Shown piece after piece: positions 19,493 through 27,794 of a stretch of DNA of 64,000 bases. The position numbers were made by a program, and so were the translations under genes. The notes under the pieces were generated by a model. It searched no databases and was not told where the DNA came from. It saw only the letters and a program-made list of their open reading frames with translations. This DNA comes from Mariniphaga sp. (GTDB lineage Bacteria > Bacteroidota > Bacteroidia > Bacteroidales > Prolixibacteraceae). The stretch covers positions 28,599-92,598 of the forward strand of contig JAWLGR010000017.1 in the NCBI GenBank assembly GCA_041684965.1. The letters are read 5' to 3'. Position 1 is the stretch's first letter; every line of letters starts with the position of its first letter.

Positions 19493-19699
19493 TGATTTTA
19501 AGTTCAACTGTTTGGCTTTTGAAATAAAGCAACTTTTTTGATAAAATTAATAATTAGATGTCATCAGGTAGCTTCAGATATATTTTATTTTTCTTACAAT
19601 ACTAATTAATCTCCCGATGTAAAAACCCGCTCTAAGAATTTCATCGCAGGAGATATTCTTTATATCTTCCCGGCAATCAGCTCCTCTATCCTTCTCCCA

Positions 19700-19795
19700 T
19701 TACAAATTCGCTACAAATTCGCTATAAATTCGCTACAAATTCGTGATTTTGCGAATTTGTAGCGAATTTGTTCCGAATTTAATGCGAATTTAAAC
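19700..19795. repeat. palindromic array of 11-bp phased repeats (4 direct + 4 inverted copies of CTACAAATTCG), copy 1
   Basis: Sequence: ttacaaattcg ctacaaattcg ctataaattcg ctacaaattcg tgattttg cgaatttgtag cgaatttgttc cgaatttaatg cgaatttaaac. A second copy lies at 56468-56548. It sits in a convergent intergenic region. Confidence 0.85.
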
Positions 19796-20160
19796 CGGTG
19801 ATGAATCAGAGTTATTTCTTCGGAACAGCTCACAGACTATTCCTACCTGACAGCAGTAAGCACTAAAAATTAGTTACAGGCTAAAAACGAAAAATACGGT
19901 CAATTACAATAGCAATTAATATAAATATCCCCAATAAAATCAGGCTTGCTGGTGGATATTTGGGAGGAATAAATCACCGGGTTTAACTAACCAATCCCGG
20001 GAACAACCTGATATTCTGAGTACCGGAATGACTTCCAATAGCTGGTTGTTTGTAAAACCATTGGTCATTGATATACCTGGAAAGAAGAATCGGCTGTTCA
20101 ATACTTGGTTTTCACCAATGCCGGGTTAAAGCGCAGTGTAAATAACACTATAGCCTTCTG

Positions 20161-21594
20161 TCATTCGCTGTAGGAATGTTTTACGGATTCAACATGAGCC
20201 TCACTCTCCCGGAGGTTTTCTTCAATAGCTTCCAGCGATAATCCTTTGGTTTCAGGAATTTTCTTTAAAATAAACGGTACGGGGATACAACACAGGGCAA
20301 ATATAAAAAACGTGCCTGAAGGAGTAAGGTTCTCCAGCATCCATGGTACAACCTGTCCGATTATTGCAGTTCCAACCCATAAAGCAAGTGTTGCAACCGA
20401 CATGGCACGTCCACGAATCCGGGTTGGGTAAATCTCAGACAACAATACCCATATAACAGGACCGTAACCTATAGCAAAAGAGGTAATGAAAGTCAGGATA
20501 AACAACATCAACAGAAAACCGGTGGTTTGCCCCACCATAAACAGTATGCCTACAATAACCAGTGAAACAAACATACCGCTGACACCTCCCAGCATAAGTT
20601 TTTTTCTGCCGTACCTGTCAATGGTCATAATAGCATAAATGGTAGCAAGCATATTTACCAAACCTATAATTACCTGACCACCAAATGCGTCGCTGAGTTT
20701 CAATCCGGCCTCTTCCATAATACGTGGTCCGTAATAGATAATTGCATTTATGCCTGTAAACTGTGAAAGAATTCCCAATCCAATACCGGCAAACAGTGTT
20801 ACTTTCGTGCTTTTAGAAAACAAAGACTTCCAGGAGCTGTTTTTCTCTTTCAAAATTGCTGCTCTGATTGATTCCATCTGTGATTGAATAGTATCAGGTG
20901 GATTGATTCTTGCCAAGACACTTCTTGCTTTTCCGCTTTTATTTTTTGCCACCAACCATCTTGGGCTGGATGGAACAAAAAACATCAGTATTAAGAATAA
21001 CAATGCCGGCAAGATTTCACTTCCAAACATTGCCCTCCAGGCTTCATTGATTAATATCGGGTTTAAAAATCTATTCGCTTCAACCATCCCGGTCGTTTCA
21101 CTAATTCTTAAAAAAAACGCATTGGCAAAATAAGCACTTACAATACCAATTGTAATTGCAAACTGATAGATAGCAACCATTCGTCCACGGATATTTGCCG
21201 GTGATACTTCCGAGATATAAAGCGGGGAAACCATAGAGGCAATACCTACTCCCATTCCTCCAAGCAATCTGTACAGAATCAATTCTGTATAGGAAACACT
21301 GAAAGCACATCCGATAGCTGAAACTGAAAACAAAAAACCAGATACAATCAATGAACTCTTTCTTCCAAATTTATCAGACATTGCCCCGGCAGTACTAACG
21401 CCAATTATACAGCCTACCAATGCCGAACTGACGAACCAGCCTTCCATTGCAGTACTCAGGTTAAATCCTGATTTTACAAAGCTGATGGTACCAGAAATTA
21501 CTGCAGTATCATAGCCAAACAAAAATCCGCCCATTGCGGCTGTGAATGATATAAAGAATAAGTAGCCCTGGTTGTAGTTTCGATTTTTGGTCAT
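20161..21594 (-). CDS. MFS sugar porter family transporter (sugar:H+ symporter)
   Basis: 477 aa. Motifs: GGFLFGYDTAVISG, GRKSSL, VPSSPRWLVAKNK, RYGRKKLML, and PETKGLSLEAIE at the C-terminus. Confidence 0.9.
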   Translation of the reverse strand: MTKNRNYNQGYLFFISFTAAMGGFLFGYDTAVISGTISFVKSGFNLSTAMEGWFVSSALVGCIIGVSTAGAMSDKFGRKSSLIVSGFLFSVSAIGCAFSVSYTELILYRLLGGMGVGIASMVSPLYISEVSPANIRGRMVAIYQFAITIGIVSAYFANAFFLRISETTGMVEANRFLNPILINEAWRAMFGSEILPALLFLILMFFVPSSPRWLVAKNKSGKARSVLARINPPDTIQSQMESIRAAILKEKNSSWKSLFSKSTKVTLFAGIGLGILSQFTGINAIIYYGPRIMEEAGLKLSDAFGGQVIIGLVNMLATIYAIMTIDRYGRKKLMLGGVSGMFVSLVIVGILFMVGQTTGFLLMLFILTFITSFAIGYGPVIWVLLSEIYPTRIRGRAMSVATLALWVGTAIIGQVVPWMLENLTPSGTFFIFALCCIPVPFILKKIPETKGLSLEAIEENLRESEAHVESVKHSYSE

Positions 21595-21606
21595 AGTTTA
21601 TCAAAT

Positions 21607-22710
21607 TTATTTCTTCTCAAAAACAACTTTATGTTCTGGTCCGGGAACTCCTGCAAGGTTGACCGACCGAACTGCAAAAGCAGGATTACTGCCCTTCAAT
21701 TCCAGTGAAAATACATCATATGTCCTGTTCCAGTTCCTCGATGGGAGTTCCTTAATTTGGTATTCCTTAAAATTTGGAGTATCAGATTGCAATCTGATTT
21801 GAGCTGTATTTTTATCAATTTCTATACTTGATTCAATGGTATTGGGAGTCCAGTTAATGGCATCGCGATCTTCAACAAGGGTTAAAATTCCGGGATTATT
21901 GTATGCCCAGTGAGGCCTTCCGCTGCGTATCCAGGGATTGTTTTTATGATACGTGTCGTTGTACCACAGCACAGTTTCCTTATGGTTGGGCCAAACTGTA
22001 AACATATTGCCGTTGATCTGCCAGGTAATATAGGTGAATGTCCGGATAAAGTCCTCTTTGCTTTCACCGATTTCTTCATCGAACTCCGTTGGAACCAAAT
22101 CCGGTCCCTTCAGCATTACTACATCCTTACCTTTGTTCTTCAGGAATTCGTCCCGTATTTCCAAAGCCGATAAAGGCACACCATCTTTTTCGAAGTGGTG
22201 CTCGTATTTGGCATCAATTACCATCCACTTGTTGTACCGGTTAAGCCACACCTCATTGGTTCCGTGATGCGGGTCAAACTCCCGGGGAACACCCGGGCCT
22301 GCCCCCAGGAAACGGGTAATGTACCCATAGGCATTTAATATGCCGTGTTGAACGGTTGCAAAATGACCGCAATGAAACCCTTCCCCCTGAAGTGCTGCAT
22401 CAAGAATCCCTTCAACAGCTCCTTTCCCGCTGTAATTTGGATTATCCAGATCGATTGCAATATGCGATTTAATCCAGTGACGTAATAAAATGATTCGTTT
22501 AAATTCATCCGTCTCCCCATGAAACAGGGTGTCCAGCTGATACTTCTCAATCAGATTAGTAAATTTGGGAGAAGTCAAATCCTCAAAGTTGGCAAAAACA
22601 ACATTTGGTTTGAATTCGGGGTTTTGTATCTCTGCCTGTTTATACTCTTTTGGACTACAACCAATAAAAAATAAAAAGATTAGTATAAAAAAAAGTTGTA
22701 TTCGTTTCAT
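21607..22710 (-). CDS. transglutaminase-fold lipoprotein, paralog 4
   Basis: 367 aa with a lipobox (FFIGCSPK). Core: GEGFHCGHFATVQHGIL...HHGTNEVWLNRYNKWMVIDAKYEHHFEKD. Its stop is 12 nt from the start of the sugar porter. Confidence 0.65.
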   Translation of the reverse strand: MKRIQLFFILIFLFFIGCSPKEYKQAEIQNPEFKPNVVFANFEDLTSPKFTNLIEKYQLDTLFHGETDEFKRIILLRHWIKSHIAIDLDNPNYSGKGAVEGILDAALQGEGFHCGHFATVQHGILNAYGYITRFLGAGPGVPREFDPHHGTNEVWLNRYNKWMVIDAKYEHHFEKDGVPLSALEIRDEFLKNKGKDVVMLKGPDLVPTEFDEEIGESKEDFIRTFTYITWQINGNMFTVWPNHKETVLWYNDTYHKNNPWIRSGRPHWAYNNPGILTLVEDRDAINWTPNTIESSIEIDKNTAQIRLQSDTPNFKEYQIKELPSRNWNRTYDVFSLELKGSNPAFAVRSVNLAGVPGPEHKVVFEKK

Positions 22711-22990
22711 TTCATATGATTAAAATTGTAAGTTTTCAATGGTCCGCCAGCTGGCGGATGGAATTCGCATGTCCCGATAGCCATCGGGATTAATAATTTC
22801 CGGTTGTTGTATACAACTGCTCACGCTCATTTCATGCTATTAAAATTGTTTGTTTTCTAAGGTATAGTAAGCCTGCCGGTCGGCAGACAGGGAACCCGCA
22901 TGTCCCGGTTGCCATCGGGATTAATCATCCCCCTGGGCGTAAATATTTTAAATGCTCGTTTCATTTTATTTATCAGTTTGTAAAAATAGA
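22711..22990. repeat. about 2.5 tandem copies of a ~120-nt unit, each holding the start-codon context of the paralog-4 gene plus two hairpins
   Basis: Unit A is ~22705-22825 and unit B is ~22826-22955. Both contain a (c/t)tcatttcat..attaaaattgt block, hairpin 1 (tccgccagctggcgga versus ctgccggtcggcag) and hairpin 2 (tcccgatagccatcggga versus tcccggttgccatcggga). Confidence 0.75.
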
Positions 22991-23261
22991 AAGTTTTTAC
23001 TTTCACGGTATGTTAACTACGTTATTTTACTAAACAGCTAATTAAAACGGATATGCAGTCAAAAATCATATAACTTGGTTTCATGATGCAATCGCGAGGG
23101 AGCGAGGGGTATTTCACTGCGCACATACTGAGAAATAGAATAGTTTATCAGGTTACTGATGAACGTTTTCTGGTAGCAATAGTGAATATGTTCCAACCCA
23201 TACAAGCTTATTTGTCCATTATTTATTTTAAACGAATATAAATATTTGTATCTTCGTTATT

Positions 23262-23653
23262 ATGGAAGATAGGATTGAAAATATAGATAAAATAATTCAT
23301 TATTGGAAAGAATCTTCCGACCTCAATTATAAGACAATGCATAATCTATTGCATTCAGGGGATTATAGTTGGGCTTTGTTTTTAGGTCATTTAGTTTTGG
23401 AAAAATTACTAAAGGCACATTACGTAAAATCAACGGGCAAACATCCATTTTTCACACATGATTTATTGAGGCTATTAAGAAAATCAGGATTAGCCGCAAC
23501 AGAAGAAACTGAGCAATGGTTAGATGATATTTCGACATTTAATTTAAATGCCAGATCAAACAAGATTTCTACCGGCTTTGTACTAGAGAATTTACCAGCA
23601 TATGGATTGAAAGAATTGAAATACTAAGAGAATGGTTGATCAGGAAATTTTAA
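23262..23653 (+). pseudogene. HEPN-domain toxin-like gene with a frameshift near 23553
   Basis: The frame-0 ORF (23262-23627) reads like HEPN up to DDISTFNLNAR and then turns to nonsense. Another frame from 23552 reads QIKQDFYRLCTREFTSIWIERIEILREWLIRKF*. That is the expected HEPN C-terminus, ending at 23653 and overlapping the next gene. Confidence 0.6.
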
Positions 23654-23946
23654 ACACAGTAAAACAATATATAAATCTAATACCCAAAGAAATTGGGGTT
23701 AAGAAAGCATACCTTTTGGGTTCTTATGCCAGGGGAAAAGAAAGAGAGGAAAGTGATTTCGACATTGCTGTTATCGTGGAAAACATGCCTGACTTTTTTA
23801 TAATTCAAAGATTGTTAATGCGATTAAGAAGAAATGTTGACCTTCGGATTGAACCTCATCCAATAATGGAAAAAGATTTCAATTCCTCCAATCCTTTTGC
23901 CTGGGAAATTGAAAAAAATGGTATTAAAGTTTACCCTGCAAAATGA
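23632..23946 (+). CDS. minimal nucleotidyltransferase (MNT) domain protein, partner of the HEPN gene
   Basis: 104 aa with LGSYARGKEREESDFDIAVIV (the GSxxRG...DxD nucleotidyltransferase motif). Confidence 0.8.
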   Translation: MVDQEILNTVKQYINLIPKEIGVKKAYLLGSYARGKEREESDFDIAVIVENMPDFFIIQRLLMRLRRNVDLRIEPHPIMEKDFNSSNPFAWEIEKNGIKVYPAK

Positions 23947-23955
23947 AAAACTTCT

Positions 23956-24398
23956 ATGAAAGGGCAACCTTCGGCTTGGACTGATACAAATTTCGTGTGG
24001 CCCTTGACCTCAGCGAGGTCAAATGTTTATACTTCTATACCGGTGACGAACCGGTTAAACAACAGAAAGCTACTGACATTGCAACTGATACACATACATT
24101 TATCAGCACTCAGGTACTTACCGAACTTTCCAATACACTCAGGGAAAAGTTTAAACTGGACTGACAGGCTGTTGAAACAGTTATTTCGGAAGTAAGCTTA
24201 AATTTTAACGTATACATAAACAAACCCGCTACCATAGAACAGGCCTGCCGGATTGCCGATAAATACCAGTATTCCTTTTATGATTCGCTGATTATTGTTG
24301 CTGCCTTGTCCTGTAATTGCAAAAAGCTGTATTCTGAAGATATGCAGGCGGGAAAGATTATTGAAAACCACCTTACAATAGTAAATCCATTTGAATAA
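23956..24398 (+). pseudogene. PIN-domain (VapC-like) toxin remnant with a frameshift and an in-frame TGA
   Basis: The N-terminus reads MKGQPSAWTDTNFVW (a DTN Asp motif) in one frame. The rest sits in another frame: YFYTGDEPVKQQKATDIATDTHTFISTQVLTELSNTLREKFKLD*QAVETV...YSFYDSLIIVAALSCNCKKLYSEDMQAGKIIENHLTIVNPFE*. Confidence 0.6.
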
Positions 24399-24661
24399 AA
24401 CCTTCTGGACCGGATTTGCAATCCGTTCTCTTATATTTCAGAATTTTGAAATCCTGCTAAAGTTTATGAATCCAACATTAGCAAGGTCAGGATTACAAAT
24501 CCTGACCAGCAGCATATTTAATATGATTTTCCAGTGTAATAGCAATATAACCTGTTTTCCGTAATAAAACTCCGCCACTGAATGTTTTCTGTTTCCTTTC
24601 TCAGATTTCCCGGATCCTAAAAAAGTAAAAATATGCTATTTTTGTATAAAACATTTTTAAT

Positions 24662-24814
24662 ATGGCAACATTAACAATTACAGTAAACGAAAAAACAGTT
24701 AAGGGAAGAAAATTTGTTGAGTTCATAAAAACACTTGACTACATAAAAGTTGACGAAAGCCCTTATAATCCTAATTTTGTTAAAGAAATTCAGACAAAAG
24801 ATTTATGGAAATAA
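24662..24814 (+). CDS. small hypothetical protein (50 aa), possibly antitoxin-like
   Basis: MATLTITVNEKTVKGRKFVEFIKTLDYIKVDESPYNPNFVKEIQTKDLWK. A TATTTTTG (-7 type) box at 24637-24644 lies 17 nt upstream. The ORF is too short for the ORF track. It resembles small Bacteroidota proteins I recall, but this is unverified. Confidence 0.3.
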   Translation: MATLTITVNEKTVKGRKFVEFIKTLDYIKVDESPYNPNFVKEIQTKDLWK

Positions 24815-24840
24815 TTTAAAATCATAATCGCGTAGAAACT

Positions 24841-25041
24841 ATGGATTTGCAATACATAACAGACAAAAAAGGGCACAAAAGTGCTGTACAGCTTTCTATA
24901 AAGGACTGGGAACAGATACAAAAAGAACTCGGTGAATTGAATCGCTTAAGAAATAAAAAGCTGTTCCTGACCGAGCTGGCTGAAGCAGTTGAAGAAATGA
25001 AGCTGATTAAACAGGGTAAAATGCAAGCCCGCAATGCATAA
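24841..25041 (+). CDS. putative type II antitoxin (66 aa)
   Basis: MDLQYITDKKGHKSAVQLSIKDWEQIQKELGELNRLRNKK.... It sits 10 nt upstream of a decayed RelE/HigB-like toxin ORF. Confidence 0.5.
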   Translation: MDLQYITDKKGHKSAVQLSIKDWEQIQKELGELNRLRNKKLFLTELAEAVEEMKLIKQGKMQARNA

Positions 25042-25051
25042 GATTTCCTCA

Positions 25052-25375
25052 ATGAGCTTTAACGTTAAAACCATAACCGTTTTGAACGCCAGGCTAAACG
25101 CCTGATTAAAAAATTCCCATCGCTCAAAAAGGAAATTCAGAAACTCATAAAAGAATTAAAGGAAAACCCCATAAAGGTACTGCCATAGGCCATAACTGCT
25201 ATAAAATACGACTTGCCATTTCCAGCAAGGGTAAAGGAAAATCAGGTGGCGCGCGGGTTATAACACATTTTTTTTTAAGGAAGATACCCTTTACCTACTT
25301 ACTATTTATGACAAATCAGAAATTGATAACCTGACCGATAAAGAAATTATAGAACTGATTAAATTAATACCATAA
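25052..25375 (+). pseudogene. RelE/ParE (HigB-like) toxin remnant with two frameshifts
   Basis: Three frames join into MSFNVKTITVFERQAKRLIKKFPSLKKEIQKLIKELKENPIK / GTAIGHNCYKIRLAISSKGKGKSGGARVITHFF / EDTLYLLTIYDKSEIDNLTDKEIIELIKLIP*. The second shift falls in a T9 homopolymer at ~25268-25276. Confidence 0.6.
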
Positions 25376-25443
25376 AAATCTTTAAGTTCATTTTGTTAAT
25401 ATTCATCAAAAGTATACCACAAATAATCATTAAAAGTGTACCA

Positions 25444-25507
25444 CTTTCCCAGCGCTCTCATTGATGAATGAGCGTAGCGAAATGAAGAAATGAGAGCGCT
25501 GGGAAAG
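25444..25507. repeat. 19-bp perfect inverted repeat (hairpin) inside the IS left end, upstream of istA
   Basis: ctttcccagcgctctcatt (25444-25462) pairs with aatgagagcgctgggaaag (25489-25507), separated by a 26-nt spacer. Confidence 0.85.
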
Positions 25508-25553
25508 CTTATTATTAACTTGCCTTTTGTAATATCCATAAACAAAAGGCTAA

Positions 25554-26990
25554 ATGTATCAAATCAGTATGTGGTATACAGTAAAAACACTTCTTGCCAG
25601 AGGAAAAAGCCTCAGAGCCATTTCCCGAGAACTGGGCATCAGCCGTATTACGGTAACTAAAATCCGTGACGAACTTCAAAAAGGTATCATTCAGCCAGAG
25701 GCAATTGAGAAGTTTGGTATCCTGGATGACTATCACGATTACATTCTGGAACTGCATGAAAAGCAGCTTACCAGTGTACTTATTCACCAAAAGCTTTCAC
25801 AAGATAAAGGTGTGCTGGTTTCATATCCTACAGTTTTGCGGTATGTAAACCGGCTGAAACAAAGTGAGGTATACGTTCCGGTAGAACTGCCTCCCGGAGA
25901 AGAAGGGCAGGTAGATTTTGGCTACCTCGGTGAATTTAAAAAGGAAGGTAAAACTGCTAAACTGTGGGTTTTTTGCATGACACTTTCATTTAGCCGGTAT
26001 GCTTTTTATGAGATTGTCACCAATCAGAAAACTGATACCTTTATCCGTTGCCACATCTATGCTTTTGAGTTTTTTTGTGGCGTACCCAAAACAGTAAAAA
26101 TTGATAATTTAAAAGCAGCCGTTTTGGAGGCCAATTTTTACGAGCCGGTATTCCAACAGCAATACAGCCAGTTTCTTGCACATTATAACTGTGCGCCCAT
26201 TACAGCCCGTGTAAGGCGTGGACAAGATAAAGGGAAAGTTGAATCGGGCATTAAATATGTAAAAAACAACTTCCTGAAAGGACTTGGCCACAGGGATTAT
26301 TACAAGGCTATTGATGAAATCAGGCATTGGAACGCTAATGTTTGTAACATACGGATACACGGTACTACCCGAAAAGTACCAGCAGAAGTATTCTTTCAAA
26401 AAGAAAAAAAAGAGCTTTATCCATTGCCCCAAAAGCGTTATGAAGTTTTTTCGGTGGAAAAACGGAAAGTAAAACCCAATGGTCATTTTTCCTTTCAACT
26501 TAACTATTACTCTGTGCCCCATGTGCATGCTAACCAGGAAATCATGGTTAAAAGCAATGATAACCTACTTAGAGCATATTACGGACTGGAACAAATTGCT
26601 CTGCACCCCATTGAAAAGTACCAAAAAGGTATTTATATAACCACTGAAGTGCATAAGCCACCGGGCAAGCAAAAAAAGCCTGAAAGCTACTACACTGAAA
26701 AGGCTGAACAAATGGGCCCTAATGTGGCTGCTTTTCTTATTGCCCTAAAACAGTATAAGCCTTTTAGCTGGCAAAAATCAATCCTGGGCATCTTTAACCT
26801 GACAGGCCAGCATACTGCACCGGTTGTAGATATGGCCTGTAAAAGAGCCTTGTTTTATGGTGCTTACAGCTATCAAAGCGTTAAAAACATTTGTTGTAAA
26901 GGATTATATCAGAATCCTGCTGAAATCCTTTCAGTAAAAGGTAAAAATGGTTTTGAACACGATTTAAGCATCTACGATAAATTATCTTAA
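25554..26990 (+). CDS. istA: IS21 family transposase IstA
   Basis: 478 aa. It has an N-terminal HTH (GKSLRAISRELGISRITVTKI) and a DDE integrase core (GEEGQVDFGYLGEF ... HGTTRKVPAEVF). Confidence 0.9.
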   Translation: MYQISMWYTVKTLLARGKSLRAISRELGISRITVTKIRDELQKGIIQPEAIEKFGILDDYHDYILELHEKQLTSVLIHQKLSQDKGVLVSYPTVLRYVNRLKQSEVYVPVELPPGEEGQVDFGYLGEFKKEGKTAKLWVFCMTLSFSRYAFYEIVTNQKTDTFIRCHIYAFEFFCGVPKTVKIDNLKAAVLEANFYEPVFQQQYSQFLAHYNCAPITARVRRGQDKGKVESGIKYVKNNFLKGLGHRDYYKAIDEIRHWNANVCNIRIHGTTRKVPAEVFFQKEKKELYPLPQKRYEVFSVEKRKVKPNGHFSFQLNYYSVPHVHANQEIMVKSNDNLLRAYYGLEQIALHPIEKYQKGIYITTEVHKPPGKQKKPESYYTEKAEQMGPNVAAFLIALKQYKPFSWQKSILGIFNLTGQHTAPVVDMACKRALFYGAYSYQSVKNICCKGLYQNPAEILSVKGKNGFEHDLSIYDKLS

Positions 26991-27004
26991 TAAAAATAAC
27001 AAAA

Positions 27005-27739
27005 ATGGAAGCATTAAAATCAAAATTAAGGGAATTGAAACTGGCAGGTGTGGTAAAATCAATTGAGATCAGGAATAAATATGCTCTCGAACACAACATC
27101 TCTTACATTGAATTTGTGGAAATGCTGGTGGAAGATGAATATGCCAACCGCCTGTCAAACTCTTATCGAAACCGTTTCCGCAAATCAAGACTCAACCCAG
27201 ATAAAAGTATTGATGAGTACGATTTTAAATACCAGCCTGAGTTGGATAAAAAGCTCATTATGGAACTTGCCTCATGCCGCTTTTTAAATCAAAATAAAAA
27301 TATTGTTTTAATGGGGAAGCCAGGTGTAGGCAAAACTCACCTGGCCAATGCTATCGGACTTGAGGCCATAAAACAAGGCTACAGCGTTGTTTTTATCCAT
27401 GTAAACGAGCTTATTGAACGCCTCACTGCATCCAGGGCTGACGGAACCTACAGTTACATCCTGAGCCAGTTTTTGAAAGCAAATTTACTTGTACTCGATG
27501 AAATCGGCTTTAAAAAACTGCCAACAAGTGGATTGGACGACTTTTTTGAAATCATCCGCAAACGCTATGAAAATGGTTCAATCATTATTACAACCAACCG
27601 GAATTTTGAAGACTGGGGAAATGTTTTTGGTGATAATGTTCTGGCTTCAGCTATTATTGACCGAATTGTTCATCATGCCTATATCATCAAAATTAACGGA
27701 GAAAGTTTTAGAATAAAAGATTATGCAAAAAATGAATAA
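27005..27739 (+). CDS. istB: IS21 helper ATPase IstB
   Basis: 244 aa. Motifs: Walker A GKPGVGKTHLANAIG, Walker B LLVLDEIG, and IITTNRNFEDWG. Confidence 0.95.
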   Translation: MEALKSKLRELKLAGVVKSIEIRNKYALEHNISYIEFVEMLVEDEYANRLSNSYRNRFRKSRLNPDKSIDEYDFKYQPELDKKLIMELASCRFLNQNKNIVLMGKPGVGKTHLANAIGLEAIKQGYSVVFIHVNELIERLTASRADGTYSYILSQFLKANLLVLDEIGFKKLPTSGLDDFFEIIRKRYENGSIIITTNRNFEDWGNVFGDNVLASAIIDRIVHHAYIIKINGESFRIKDYAKNE

Positions 27740-27794
27740 TTTATGTCTATTTTAGTGGTACACTTTTCGTGAACATTATTGGTATACTTCTTCC

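Noticed and set aside
23956-24195. 79-aa track ORF as a real gene
   Set aside because: Only its first ~15 codons (..WTDTNFVW) look like a PIN N-terminus. The rest is out of frame relative to the clear PIN-like translation in another frame, so it is annotated as part of a pseudogene instead.
24420-24520. Short palindromes cggatttgcaatccg and gtcaggattacaaatcctgac after the PIN remnant
   Set aside because: These are small isolated stems without T tracts or further copies in the window. They may be decayed terminators, and nothing more can be supported.
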